Assembly (NCBI RefSeq): GCF_030028105.1
Contig: NC_092395.1
Location: forward strand, 16,088,424 to 16,152,423
Direction: 5' to 3'
Length of the DNA: 64,000 nt
Source: Mobula birostris
Lineage: Eukaryota
The first letter of the stretch is position 1. Every line of letters starts with the position of its first letter. A program made the translations under genes and the position numbers. Positions 26,680-40,960 of the stretch are shown in pieces. A model generated the notes under the pieces. It did not search any database, had not been told where the DNA came from, and saw nothing but the letters and a program-made list of their open reading frames with translations.

Positions 26680-27870
26680 AAATAGGAGGAGGTAGGCAAA
26701 CTTGCCTTTCTAAGGTGCCTCACATATTAATAGATTCATGGGTGATCTGCCCCATGCCTCAGCTCCACATAGCCCCTCATTCAAAATCATTCCAAAACTG
26801 ATCCAGCTTCTCTTTAAACATTTCCAGTGAGTCAGCTTGCACACCACCCCAGGGTAAAGAGTTCCAAAGACTCGCCATGATCTTTGAGAAGAAATTCCTA
26901 ATCCACATTGGTTTTCAATGATTGTCCTCTAATCCTGTCATGATGTTCCCTTCCCACTGGGAGGAATACTTCAACGTCTATCCTGCCGTAACCCCTGAAC
27001 ACTATTACAGCTCAGAGCGTTCTGGAGTTAGAGGTTCAATTCCACTGCTGTTCTGTAAGGTAGGATTCTGTCAACCTTCGCCCCTTTTGGTACGAAGTGC
27101 ACATCTATGAATGCCCACCCCATGCAGTGCGTGGGTTTACCCCAGGTTCCCTGGTTTTCACCCCACCCCCCACCCCAGAGGCCAACGACATACTGGGTAG
27201 ATTAATTGGTCACTGTAAAATGCCCTGTGATTAGGTTAGGGTTAATCGAATTTGTCGAGGATTGCTCAGCCTGACTCGGAGGGTCTCCTCTGGGGCGCTA
27301 ATTAAAATAAAAAGATCACCCCTCAATTTTCTGAACTCCAAAAAAAAAATACAGATGAATTCTTTTAGCCATCATCAGGGAGATTAGCTTTATGTCACAA
27401 GTATAGTACATCAAAACTTACCGTGAAATGCAAATCAATTCAGCTGAGCAGCCCACAAGTGCCATCACACTTCCAGTGCCATTAATATCATGCCTGCACT
27501 CACTAATCCTACTGTACACCCTCAAAATGGAGGAGGAAACCGGAACACTTAGAGGAAACCCACTCAGTCATGAGGAGAAGATACAAACTCCTTACAGACA
27601 GTGGCAGGAATCGAACCTCCAATATTCCAACTGGCCCTGCAAGGGGAATGTCCTAACCACTGCACTACTGTGCCCCCAGGAATCTGCCAAATGAATTTCT
27701 TCTGGACTGCCTCCAATGTTAGCGTATCCCTTCTTGAACATAAGGACGAAAACTTTGCATTATATTCTGATTGTGATTGCACTAACTGTACAATCGTAAC
27801 AACGTGTCACTATTTCTAAACTTCAATCCTCTTGCAAGACGGGCTGGTTGGCATAGGTACTGCCTAATTG
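26680..27870. mobile_element. Old CR1 fragment (-) with nested V-SINE-like copies (27000-27300 +, 27460-27680 -)
   Basis: CR1 remnants (agagttccaaagactc, actgcctccaatgttagcgtatcccttcttg) flank the SINE cores. Confidence 0.6.
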
Positions 27871-28194
27871 CCATTATGCATACTGTTTAGCAAAGAGAAT
27901 TGGATCATAGATTCACCGTTTGAAATTTTGATTTTACCATGGTCCTGCACCAGGACCAGTGGAAAAATGGGTGCATGGTGTTAGAGACAGGGATGTGAAA
28001 TTGTGGGATGATTCTGACTGTCTCCAGGTTAATGAAAACTGTAGCAGACAATATATGAAACTACAGAGGAAGGGCTTGGTGTTTTGCTGGGTAAGGTGGC
28101 AATTTAGGTGAAGGAGCTGAAATTTCCCACTGCTACAAACACGTTCTCGGGTCATTTACGGGAGAGTTCTCAAAAATAAATATTGCACCATTGG

Positions 28195-28470
28195 AACTTA
28201 GCGAATACTGAGAGGCCTAGATAGAGTGGACGTGGATGTGGACAGGATGCTTCCAATTGTGGGAGAGTCTAGTGGCGAGAGCGTGGAACAAGCTCCCAGA
28301 GGAAATGGTGGATGCAGGTTCGACTGCAACATTTAAGAGACATTTGGACAAGTACATGGATGGGAGGGATATGGAGAGCCACAGCCTGGATGTAAACCAG
28401 GCAGAATAATACTTCAGTACAGACTAGATGGGCAGAAGGGCCTGTTTCTGTGCTGTAGTGCTCCCTGACT
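28195..28470 (+). mobile_element. CR1 3' end
   Basis: gaggcctagatagagtggacgtg...tggaacaagctcccagagga...gggcagaagggcctgtttctgtgctgtag. Confidence 0.7.
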
Positions 28471-31400
28471 CAATGACCGAAAGAGATAATCTTGCAGATG
28501 ATGAAAGGCTGGGGTGGACAGCATCTTAAGGAATGATGAATAAACTGGAGACGGGGGATTTATGAATGGAATTCTAAAACTCAGAGCCTCCACAGATAAA
28601 GAGAGTACGATTTACCCCAGGAAAGAGCAAGTGACTGGAAATGGAGGAGAGTCATCTGTGAGAGTTCACAGGGTTAGACGTAATTGCTGAATTGAACATA
28701 AAATTCAAAATTTTAAAAGCCGTGTTGCTTACCCATGAGCAACATAATTGGCAAATTCAGGTGTGATGGCAGACCTGAACATGATGCACATTTGGACCTT
28801 AAGTCACTCTGAGCGACAAAAAACTTGGAGGACTGGTAGTGTTAAAATGATATGCAATCTAAAAGTATAGGAATAGAAACCTATTAATATATTAAAATAC
28901 CTTCATATAATCCGTACTTCCTGTAAATGTAACACTTACTTCCCATAAAATGCCCCTGAACTGTTTTGGAATGTGCCTGTATCCAACGAAGAGTCGCTGA
29001 TAAATGAAAAATCTGACTGAAGCTGTCCAACACGTCTGCCTCAAGGCCAGTGCCAGACGCCAGGCCCAATATGACCATGAGATATAGGAATAGAATTGGG
29101 CCGTTTGGCCCATTGAGTCTGCTCTGCACAAGATACACAAGAGATATACGTGCAGTATACAAAAGATGCTTATATTATGGAAATAGACCTGTTTTCCTTG
29201 CTACTACTGAAAGCACGGCTGACCAATGTTCAGGCTGGTTGATTCATCACAGCTATCAATAAGTGTATTACCATCATTGACAGCGTTGCGACCGCCTCTG
29301 TCATTATCTGGCTTCCCACCGCCCCCTTCCTCGCCAAGTTCAGGTTCAACAAGGCTGCACTCAGCGGAGACAATCATTGGCTATCAGCTACAGACACAAA
29401 AAAAAAGATCTGCTCCTTGCCAGAGCAAAGAAGAGAGTTGAAAAATCACTGCTGATTCCACGCACGCTAGCAGTCACCCATTCACCAAATTGCCATCAGG
29501 GAGAGTCCATCACCATCAGGACTAACGTCGTCTCCGAAGCTTCTTTCCTGCAGCTATCCACCTGCTCACAAAACTCACGCAGGTATGATACCCCAACAGT
29601 CTCTGCACAACATCCGTTAAATGGTCTTTCCTGTTCTCCTTGTTCTGTTGATAATTATTTAATCTGTTCGTAAGTTTATTTTATTTAAGTTTGACTATTG
29701 ACATTTGTGCATGTGACCATTCTGCTAATTGTTGATTGCTCATGGCTGTTTGCACTATTGTGTTGTAAATTGTTGGTTGCTATTGTGTTGTTTGTTATGT
29801 TATTGTCCCGTATTTTCTGCTTGGCACTGAGCCACAATCAATTAATGTATATTTCACATACTGGCAATAAAGTGACTCTCATTCTGAAGCGTATTCACAA
29901 GTGTATTAATATTTCCAAAGCTTGCAATCTCTTGCATCTCCCTTCCTACAACAACATTTGCCAATATTCCCATGTTGTGTGACTCAGTCATAATTTTCCT
30001 GATCCATAAAGAAAGAAAAACTATTTTAAAGGTTTTTCATAAAGGCCACTGATCCTCTTATCTTTATCATATGCATAAAAGTATGCATGTGTGAGACACC
30101 GCAAGATTCTTGTGATTTGCAGAAAAGTTATGCATTTTTCAGCAGTGTCCCCTATCACCACTCTGTGAGTCACCATTGAGCAGAAACCATAATAGACTAG
30201 CCCCACAATGTTGTGGCTGCAGGTGCAGGTATTTGGCTGGAGACTGTGGTTATTGAGTCACTGCCTGAATCTTCAAGTGTTTCCAAAAATTCTGAGATGT
30301 GATGGAATATTTGTCACTTCCAGTAAATGAAAAGCTTATTTCCTGTGAAACATCTCTGGCATACCTTGAAATGTACGTACATCCAATTAGTCACCGATGA
30401 ACTGCTGCTAAGTGGAAAATTCTTTGACAAGCTATGCAGCACAACTGGCTGAGACCCACTGCCAGATCTCCCGGATGAGTGAAGCATAAACAACACTCAG
30501 AAATAAATCTCAGGTTTGCATACGGTGACATAAATGTACTTTGATAATAAATTTACTTTCCTCTTTGAGGAGGTTTGAATCCATTTTGGTAGGGAGGGCT
30601 ACATCCATCAGCCTAAATCTTCACTTCCTCCACAACAAGAATACAGTCGTTGTGGTGGTCAATATCTGGAAAAAGACCATGCAGCAACTCACCAAGGCTG
30701 CTTCGATTGCATCTCCTAAAACCTCAATCTACCACCTTTGATGAACAAGCACTGCATATCATGGGAGCAACACCATCCACACATTACACATTCACATCCA
30801 AGTCCTGCATTATCCTGATTTGGAAACATATCATTCCGTCAGTACTGGATACCTGAATTCAATAAGAGCAGGGATACAACTTCACTGAAAGGATACAATG
30901 GCTCAAGTACATTTATAGGTCGCCAATAGAGATGAAGGCATTGCTATAAAAAATAATGCCATCTTCACAATGAGCAGCACTTCAGGACATATCTAAAGAC
31001 AAATCCATGAAACTTCTATGGTCAAATACAATGGACGTCACAAGTCTTCATCGCATAAAATTAGTCAACCATCAACTAGGAGCTTGACATTGACAGCAAC
31101 TGGTCATAAAAATCTGAGTGGCTTCAAAGTAGATGTAAGTACCTGAACTTCACAACATCAATAGTAGCCTTAAGGGACCAGGTCCTGTTAAAGCCACCCT
31201 TCAAATCCTAAACCATCTAGAATGTTTGCTGTGTTACCAACAAGAGCTTTGTAACAAAATAAGAGAAAAGGAAAGTTCAATATCCTTGCTTTTTCCTAGC
31301 TGCAGTCCAAAATCAATCCACTTCTGTATGGCAGAACCTGGCAACGATCTTAAAATGATGACGTCTGTCAGCATAGGACAAGACAACAATTGAACGGAGT

Positions 31401-32019
31401 ACTCAAGGGCAACATACAGGAGCCTACAGCTTCGAATCACATATCAACAGAACAGCATAATTACTAGAGCGGGAGACATTGCCCTGTGGAATTAAAAGGG
31501 CACAACTAAGGTCAAGGAATGATTCCAGGGAAATTTTATTTGGGTGACAGAATGGAAAATTCATGCATATGGTTGAAATTATTATCAAATCATTCAAAAT
31601 GAAAATTACAGAGAATTTGCTCAGAAAATTATACATCAGGGACAGAGTACACAATTAATTTGCACGTGGTAAGAAAATCAATTGACTGGAGACCAATATA
31701 ACCGTGTCAAGCGGAGATTCAAGGTACTGAGTATCGCAGTCAGCAAACGAGAAACAGCCTAACTCGACACCTTTCAAAGCATTGTTGGGTACTTCATTCA
31801 GACATGTTTGAAGAAATCTCTGCCCAGTTATCATCAACATATTACCTGCAGCACCATGGGTTTTCAACACACTTGACCGCTGCTATACTGCAATTAGGAA
31901 TGCCTACCTTTTATGCCTAGGTGGCATTTTGGGAAATCTGATCATTTGGCAGTCCCCCTTCTACCTGCATACAGGCAGAGGCTTAAGATCAAGGTTCCAG
32001 AGATAAGAACAACAAAGAG

Positions 32020-34795
32020 GTGGTTGCGGGAGGCGGAAGAGCAGCTATGGGATTGCTTCAAGCCAGTGGACTAGACCATGATCAAGGACTCAGAGAATCT
32101 GAACAAATACACCACAGTTGTCAGAGACTTCATAAAACAGTCATAGATGAACATCTCCCTACAACATCATTCAGGGTCTTCCTCAACCAGAAGCACTGAA
32201 TAGCCATACAGCATATAATATATAACAATTACAGCACGGAACAGGCCATCTCGGTCCTTCTAGCCCGTGCCGAACTCTTACTCTCACCTAGTCCCACTGA
32301 CCTGCACTCAGCCCATAACCCTCCATTCATTTCCTGTCCACATATCTATCCAATTTAACTTTAAACGACAACATCGAACCTGCCTCAACCACTTCTGCTG
32401 GAAGCTCGTTCCACGCAGCTACCACTCTCTGAGTAAAGAAGTTTCCCCTCATGTTACCCTTAAACTTTTGTCCTTTAACTCTCAACTCATGTCCTCTTGT
32501 TTGAATCTCCCCCATTCTCAATGGAAAAAGTCTATCCACGTCAACTCTATCTATCCCCCTCATAATTTTAAACACCTCTATCAAGTCCTCCATCAACCTT
32601 CTACGCTCCAAAGAATAAAGACCTAACTTGTTCAACCTTCCTCTGTAACTTAGGAGGTGAAACCCAGGCAACATTTTAGTAAACCTCCTCTGTACTCTCT
32701 CAATTTTATTGACATCTTTCCTATAATTCGGTGACCAGAACTGTACACAATACTCCAAATTTGGCCTTACCAATGCCTTATACAACTTCAACATTAAATC
32801 CCAACTCCTATGCTCTGATTAATAAAGGCCAGCATACCATAAGCTTTCTTCACCACCCTATCCACATGAGATCTCATGAATGAACCATGAGATCTGCAAT
32901 ATGCTGTGCCAGATATGTGACATTCAGGTCTGTTGATGAAGATACAAGGGGTCTGGGTACAACCTCCAGAAAGCCACCTCATGTGCGAAATGGCAATTCC
33001 GGACCAAACTTGAATCACCTATGGATGCTCGACAGCTGTGGCAGGGTTTGAATGCTGTCACTTTCTACAAAGTGAAACCAAGTGTCATAGGTAACAAGTC
33101 TTCGCTCCCAGATGAGCTCAATGCCTTTCATGCTCATTTTGGTCATCAAAACATGGAGGAACTTTCATGAATTCCCACAGCCCCTGATAACCCCGTGACT
33201 TCAGTCTGTGAGGCCAATGTGAGAGTATTCTTCAGGAGGGTGAACTCACTGAAAACATCCTGCCCAGATGGGGTACCCGGCCAAGTACTAAAGACATGTG
33301 CTGATCAAATGGCTGGAGCGTTCTCCAGTGTCTTTAACCTCTCTCTTCAGCAGTCTGAGGTAACTTCCAGCAGGCTTCAATTATACCAGTGCCCAAGAAG
33401 AACATGTTAACCTGCCTCAATGACTATCGTCCAGTAACACTTACATCCACTGGGAGGAAGTGCTTTGACAGGCTGGTGATGAAACATATCAGCTCTTGCC
33501 TGAGAAGTGACTTGGTCAACAGCAGATACCACTTCATTGGCTCTTCACTCAACCCTGGAAAAACTGGACAGTGAAGATGCATACATCAGGATGCTCTTCA
33601 TTGAAAACAGCTTGGCATTCAGTACTATCGTCCCTTCAAAACTAATCCATAAGCTTCAAGACCTTGGCCTCAATAGCTCTTTGCGCAACAGGATCCTCAA
33701 TTTCCTCACTTGCAGGCCCCAGTCAGTTCAGATTGGCAACAATGACCTCCACAATCTCTATCAGTACAGATGTACCACAACTCTGTGTGCTTAGCCCCCT
33801 ACTCTACTCGCTTTAAACTCGACTGTGAGGCTAGGCACAACTCCAAACCCATACTTACGTTTGCGGGCAATACCTCTGCTGTTGGCCGAATCATAGGTGG
33901 TGATGCTTGATTCGCATATGGATGGACTCTGAAAGTCTGGCTGAGTAGTCCCACAACAACAACCTTTCACTCAATGTCAGCAAAGGCCAAGGAGCTGATT
34001 AATGACTTCAGGAGGAGGAAACCAGAGGTCCATGAACCTGTTCTCATGGCGGATTAGAGGTGGAGAGGGTCAGCAACTTTAAATTCCTTGCTGTTGTTTC
34101 AGAGGGTCCAGGATGCAAGTGCCATTACAAAGGAAGTACAGACTCTACTTTCTCAGAAGTTTACAAAGATTTGGCTTGTCCTCTAAAACTTTGACAAACT
34201 TATATAGGCATGTGCTGGAGAGTATATTGACCAGTTGCATCACGCCTGGCATGGAAACACTAATAACCTTGAACGGAAGTGCCGACAAAAAGTAATGGAT
34301 ATAGCCCAGTCCATCACAGGTAAAGCCCTCCCCACCTTTGGGCACATCAACATGGAGTGCTTTCGCAGGAAAGCAGCATCCATCATCAGAGACCCCCACC
34401 ATCCAAGCCATGCTCTCTTCTTTCTGTGTCCATCACGAAGAAGATATACGAGCCTCAGGAATAACACTACCAATTTCAGGAACAATTATTACCCCTCAAC
34501 CATCAGGCTCTTCACCCAGAGGGTATAACTTTACTCAACTTCACTCACTCCTTCGCTAAAATGTTTCCAGAACCTATGGACTCATTTTCAAGGACTCCTT
34601 CATTTCATGCTCTCGATATTTATTGCTTATTTATTGTTATGTATTTATTATTATGTCTTTATTTTCTTTTGGTTTGCACAGTTTGTTGTCTTTTTCACAT
34701 TGGTTGAGAGTGGTCTTTTCATCAATTTTATTGTGTTTCCTGAATTTACTGTGGATACCCACAAGAAAATATATATATGTTCTTTGAACTTCAAA
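32020..34795 (+). mobile_element. Long decayed Rex1/Babar LINE (RT region to 3' tail), interrupted by CR1
   Basis: Fragments read [85 protein letters not shown]; tail ctttgaacttc. Confidence 0.9.
32205..32868 (-). mobile_element. CR1 LINE 3' fragment
   Basis: ORF 32327-32794: LYKALVRPNLEYCVQFWSP...NFFTQRVVAAWNELP. Confidence 0.9.
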
Positions 34796-34929
34796 GTTCC
34801 AAGCTTGTATTGGAACTGGCCAGTTCCACTTTCATCATTTTGACTTGATTTTTCATATACAGTTTGTATAGTCTGGCCAGTATAGTATAGTTCCACAGTC
34901 TTGCTATTAACACATTACATTAACCCATT

Positions 34930-35022
34930 TAATAGGAACAGTATTAATAGTAACAGTATTAATATTAGTATTAATATTAACAGTATTTAATATCAACAAT
35001 ATTCCCAATATCAACAATATCA
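34930..35022. repeat. AT-rich low-complexity repeat (aacagtattaat / caacaatat units)
   Basis: Imperfect tandem units visible directly. Confidence 0.6.
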
Positions 35023-36450
35023 ACCCATCCCTCCCCTATCTTCTCTGCTATCAAGAACTACTTTTCTCTTTTTCCCCAATTTCTGATCCTGGACCAGAAA
35101 AATGAACTGCTTCACTTTCTGCAGGTGCTGCCTGACTTGCAGAGTGTTTCCAACATCTTCCGTTTTGCTTTGGTTCTCCTTGTCTCTTCGCTAGTCTGCT
35201 GAAGACCTTGTGATGGAAAGCAATTGCTGTGATTGGTCATGAACTTCATTACCATTGTATTGTGGGACAAGCAGTTTTGCATTTTAGTTAGGCTTTGCAA
35301 ACAGAGGTAATCAACGGGCAAAATTACCAGTTATCCATTGCAGAGTGTTCCTCTTTGGGAAGGCTTATGTTGGATTCTAAAATGATTAATGAGATTAACA
35401 AAAGAAAATACCCTGATAAATGCTATTTTACGAAGTTTAAAAATGACAAACAACCCAAAGGAATTTTAATTACACTGCCCAATTGATAAACACCAGGAAT
35501 ATATTTGATGCACAATCTTTTTCCCAAAAAATAATGAAATTGTGCTATGTAATGCAGCTAATTGTTCAGTTTTACCAACACAGAAGTACAACACTCTAAG
35601 TGTTAAATTACTATCCTAGTAATCCTAAAACCCAGAATATGCCGTTAAAATCCCACCATGACAGCTGAGGAATTTAAAGTTAATTAAAGAATAACCCACC
35701 ATAATAACCAGAAAATTGTTATGAAATGCCATCTAATTCACTAATGGCCTTTAGCAGAAACAAAATCTTCCATGTTTACCCATTCTGTATGTGACTCCAT
35801 ATCCAAAAAAATGGTATAGAAAAGGCCTGGCAAGCATTGAACCGGTATCACACAAAGTGTTGATGTTCAAGAAAGGGCAAGTAAAAAGGGCAATAAATCC
35901 TGGGCTTGTTTTACAACATCAACTTACCATTAATTAAAAAAAAATATACTGGCTATATCAGCATTTTTGATCATGTCATATTATTGCCACTGCTAAAACT
36001 CTGGCTGCTTTTTGTGAGTGTGTTGATGCATTAGTCAGGAATACTTCACAACTTGAGCTTGCAAAAATTTTGGTAACATGTCCCCATATCTTCAGCTGAC
36101 CCTGTAAACTCCACAGTGTAGCTTCGTGAAGGCATAATCACAGTATGGACCTCGGGGTGGTGATGCCTGCAGATTTTCTTTAAGTGCTGGGTATATTTAA
36201 GACCTAGTTGTTTCTAATTGGTGCATGCACTGTTGCAATATTAGACAGTTGTTAGTGGTGGATAGAAGGAGAGGGTGCTTAAACTGCAGTGCGGTGGAGT
36301 TCACTCTGTGATCCTCCCAGTCCCAGATAATGTTCTTATAGTGCTGGTCTCTGGGTGAAATCCAAAAGGCCCATAGGTGTGTGTAACTGCCTGAGCTGAG
36401 TTCACAAATCTCAACATTAGTGCAAAAATACAATGTAGAAATTGACTTAC

Positions 36451-36473
36451 TCTACTGGCATCACGATCTCGGT
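36451..36473 (-). CDS. TLE2: Groucho/TLE corepressor, 23-nt microexon (equivalent to TLE exon 8)
   Basis: catccag|ACCGAGATCGTGATGCCAGTAGA|gtaagt. It completes the split codon G|AC and gives DRDRDASR, phase 1-0, like the short exon 8 of TLE genes (TLE1 DREPGT, TLE4 DRDSIK, TLE2 VERAPSR). A CTAACTAAC branch-point motif and an AG-free pyrimidine tract lie upstream. Confidence 0.85.
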
Positions 36474-36547
36474 CTGGATGGGGTCCAGGTGAAGAATGGC
36501 AGAAGATTGAGGGCAGGGGAAAAATCAGAAAAGAACAGGTTAGTTAG
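36474..36547 (-). promoter_or_regulatory. Branch point and long AG-free polypyrimidine tract for the TLE microexon
   Basis: Minus strand reads ctaactaacctgttcttttctgatttttcccctgccctcaatcttctgccattcttcacctggaccccatccag, with no AG before the acceptor. Confidence 0.7.
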
Positions 36548-37619
36548 GGAAAAATTCAAAAATCAAACACAGCATTGCATTCAAAATCATCCTGGCCCAT
36601 GTGGCTCCCCATTGTATCTAATTTATTAGGGACGCTACCCAATATTTTCAGCAAAACTACAATGACCACAGCATGGAAACCATGAAAGACTTTTACCTTC
36701 TCTAAATCTCAACCCTGCTTAGTGACTCATTTCATGCACTCAATGGCCCTCATAGAGAATATCAGAATAATTATTGGGCAATCCCTCTGCCCAGAGACAC
36801 CAGGAATTGACATGTTACATCCACAGAGTTCTGTTCAACAGAATTCTTCTTCAGAGATCTAACACTCTAACTGTGAGCCTTCTGCATGCTGGGTCTTCAT
36901 GGTATGAAGTAGAGGCTGCATCCACCAGACACAAACGTGGGAACACCTGGGGTAGAGTGTGAAACACCTGTATGGAGAACCAGCCTGCACTGCCAAGTGA
37001 GGCCAAACAAAAATGCTCCTTACACTATGTGCGCATAAACCGCACATTTATACAGGATGTTATATCACACCACTGAGCCACACCTAGATAGTGGACATTA
37101 TATACAATATACGATACAGAATTAGGCTATTGAAAACAACCTATCCATGTTAGTGTTTAAACCTGACTCATGCTTTTCCACCTTTTATCATCTAAATCTA
37201 TCCAAAATCTTCTTGCAGGCTGTCCCAGCACATTATTGGGTTGTGTTGGCTATTAATGCAAAAGATGTATTTCACTCTATGTTTCAATAAACAAATCAAT
37301 CTGAATCTGATGGATTACCTTCTATTTCTTTATCTCCCCAATCTTCCTTTGAAACCACCTATCACTTTTATTTTGAGCACTTTATGAGAGACCAGGACAC
37401 ATACTCTCTCTACTCTTCAACTAAAGAAGTTTCTTCTGAATATTCTATTGGAGTTTTTGACCACTGCCTTAGATTATTGTCCTCTCATTTGGCTCTTGCC
37501 CACAGGCATGTATTCTGTCAAAATCTTCCATCATTTTAAAGATCTCTATTTGTGCAGACCTCAGCCTCCTTTACTCAAATAGATACAGTTAATACAGGTA
37601 GGGCTCCTTAATAGTGATA

Positions 37620-38372
37620 GATCATGCTCTGCATTGTGGAGAGTTGGTCGACAACTGGTCACAAAAACTTTGCAGTCAAATTCAGCAAGACCAAGGAACT
37701 GATAGTGAAATTCAGGGAACAGAAATCTGAAGACTGCACAGCAGTCTTCATCGAGGACTCAGCAGTGAAAAGGGTGAGCAGCTCCAACACCTTGACAACA
37801 TCTCTGGAGATCTTTCCTCAACCCAATATATTGACGCAATTACAAAGAAGGCACAACAATGGCCGTACTTCATTAGCAGTTTGAGGAGATTTAGTATGTC
37901 ACCCAAGACTCTAGCAAGTTTCTACAGATGTACTGTGGAGAGCATTCTGATTAGCTGTATCAGGGTCTGGTATGGAGGCTCTAATGCACAGGATCAGAAA
38001 AACACTGCAGAGGGTTGTAAACTCAGCCAGCTCCAAATGGGCACTACCCACCCACACCATCAAGGAGCTGGCTTTCTTCACTACGGACCCTCACAATCCA
38101 AGACAAGCCCTCTTCTTGTTCCTACCATTAGCGAGGAGGCGCAGGAGCCTGAAGACACACTTTCAACATTTTAGAAACAGCTTCTTCCACTTAGTCATCA
38201 GATTTCTGAATAGGCCATGAACCCATGAACACTACCTCATTTGCTGAAGTGCTTGTCCTTTTTTATATTTCTTATTTGTAACTTATAGTGATTTATTTAT
38301 GTATTGCACTGTACTGCTGCCACAAAACAAATTTCACAACATATGTCAGTCATAATAAACCTGATTCTGATT
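37620..38372 (+). mobile_element. Rex1/Babar LINE 3' fragment
   Basis: SKTKELIVKFR, FSMSPKTLASFYRCTVESILISCIRVWYGG, ctgatt tail. Confidence 0.85.
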
Positions 38373-38759
38373 CTGTCTACTTGCAACATACCTCGTTTTC
38401 TCAATCACCACCCCTGCAAGCTCACAGCACGAGCTCCGAGCAAGGAGAGGATAAATAGAAAACAAAACAACAAAGAAATGTATTGAGTCTCCACCAGGGC
38501 CTGTAAGTCCTTGCAGCTGTATAGTGGGGAAGGAGATGGAGCTTCCAAACCTGTCAGAAAGTCTTGTACTTTCCGTGCCCATAGTAATACCGATACCGAT
38601 AATTCACCAGTGGTTCTGCTCAGCTGTAGGGGCGAGCTACACAAACTAGGGACTCTGTTGTTTGTTACTGACACTGCTCCTTGTGCTGAGATGTACAGGT
38701 TGCTCAGTAAGTGGCATTGATCTCCTTATGATTTTTTTTCTCCTTGGACAAGTGATATT

Positions 38760-40218
38760 TCCATAAGACCATAAGGTATAGGAGCAGAAGTAGGCCATTT
38801 GGCCCATCGAGTCTGCTCCGCCATTCAATCATGGGCTGATCCAAATCTTCCAGTCATTCCCACCCCCCTCCCTTCTCCCCATACCCTTTGATGCCCTGGC
38901 TAATCAAGGACCTATCTATCTCTGCCTTAAATGCACCCAATGTCTTGGCCTCCACAGCCGCTTGTGGCAGCAAATTCCACAGATTTACCACCCTCTGACT
39001 AAAGTAATTTCTCTGCATCTCTGTTCTAAATCCTGAAGTTGTGCCCTCTTGTCCTAGAATCCCCTACCATGGGAAATAACTTTTGCCATATCTAATCTGT
39101 TCAGGCCTTTTAACATTTGGAATGTTTCTATGAGATCCCCCCTCATTCTCCTGAACTCCAGGGAATACAACCCAAGAGCTGCCAGACGTTCCTCATACGG
39201 TAACCCTTTCATTCCTGGAATCATTCTCGTGAATCTTCTCTGAACCCTCTCCAATGTCAGTATATCCTTTCTAAAATTAGGAACCCAAAACTGCACACAA
39301 ATACTTCAAGTGTTATAGTGCCTCAACATCTCATCCTTGTTCTTATATTCTATACCTCTAGAAATGAATGCCAACATTGCAACATTGGGAGCACAAGGAC
39401 TCCCAAGTCCCTTTGTATCTCTGCATTTTGAATTCTCTTCTCATCTAAATACTAGTTTGCCTGTTTATTTCTTCCACCAAAGTGCATGACCATACACTTT
39501 CTAACATTGTATTTCATTTGCCACTTTGCCCATTCTCCTAAACTACCTAAGTCTCTCTGTTTCCTCAACACTACACACTCCTCCACCTATCTTTGTATCA
39601 TTGACAAACTTAGCACAAATCCATTAATCCCATAGTCCAAATCATTGACATACATCGTAAAAAGCAGCAGTTCCAACACCGACTCCTATGGAACTCCACT
39701 GGTAACCGGCAGCCAGCCAGAATAGGATCCCTTTATTGCCACTCTCTGTTTTCTGCCAATCAGCCAATGCTCCACCCATGCTAGTAACTTCCCTGTAATT
39801 CCATGGCCTCTTATCTTGCTACGCAGCCTCATGTGCGGCACCTTGTCAAAGGCCTTCTGAACATCTGAGTACACCACATCTCCTGCATCTCCTTTGTCTA
39901 CCCTGCTTGTAATTTCCTCAAAAAATTGCAGTAGGTTAATCAGGCAGGATTTTCCTTTCAGGAATCCATGCTGGCTTTGGCCTATCTTGTCATGTGCCTC
40001 CAGGCAATCTCATTGCCAACAATTGATTCCAACAACTTCCTAACCACTGATGTCAGGCTAACAGGTCTATAGTTTCCTTTCTGCTGCCTCCGATCCTTTT
40101 CAAATAGCGGAGTAACATTTGCAATTTTCCAGTCGTCCGTACAATGCCAGAATCTATCAATTCTTGAAAGATCATTGTTAATGCCTCCGCAACCTCTCCA
40201 GCTACTTCCTTCAGAACT
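38760..40218 (-). mobile_element. CR1 LINE (second subfamily), RT region to 3' tail
   Basis: [40 protein letters not shown]; tail tcttatggtcttatgg. Confidence 0.9.
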
Positions 40219-40429
40219 TTAACTGCATATAAGCAGGCTGTAAAGGTGTTACTGTGCTAGCCCTAGGGCACATTTCCACTCTATACTGAGCCCTTTTTCA
40301 AAACACAAGGAGGATGAAAGTTAATGAAATTTAATGCAGAAATAGTCAGGTCACACTGAACATTACTGTCACAATGTAAATGTCTCCCAGTGCTCTGAAA
40401 GTTCTGACTGGGTAATTCCAAGACCATCA

Positions 40430-40960
40430 TAGTTCAAAGTTGAAATTAAATTTATTATCAATGTGCAAACATGTTACCATAAACGACCCTGAAATTCTTT
40501 TTATTGGCTGGCATTTACAGGGGAAAAACGAATACAATAGAGTTTTATTGAAAGCTATACATAAACAAGACCAACAAACAACCGGTGTGCAAAAGACAAA
40601 CTGTGCAAATATAAATGACACTGAGAACATGAGTTGTAAAGACTCCTTGAAAGTGAATATCTTGGTTGTAGAATCAGCTCGGAGTAGTGGTGACTGAAGT
40701 TGTGCACACCGGTTCAGGAGCCTGGTGTTTGTAGGGCAATAATTATTCCTGAACCTGGTGGTGTGAGATCTAACACTTCTGCACCTTCTGGCTGATGGTG
40801 ATTGTAAGAAGAGGGCTTGTCATGGATGGTGGGGTCTTGGAAGGTGCGTGCTGCTTTCTTGTAAATGTGCTCGAAGATGGGGAGGGCTTTGCCTGTGATG
40901 GACTGGGCTGTATCCACCACTTTCAGTAGCCTTTTCTGTTCCTGGGCATTGGTGTTTCCC
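40430..40960 (-). mobile_element. Rex1/Babar LINE 3' fragment
   Basis: GNTNAQEQKRLLKVVDTAQSITGKALP; tttgaac tail. Confidence 0.8.

Noticed and set aside
29270-29380. Minus-strand EEGGGGKPD.. reminiscent of mammalian TLE2 exon 9
   Set aside because: Similarity is limited to a Gly run, the acceptor is poor, and the end phase does not fit.
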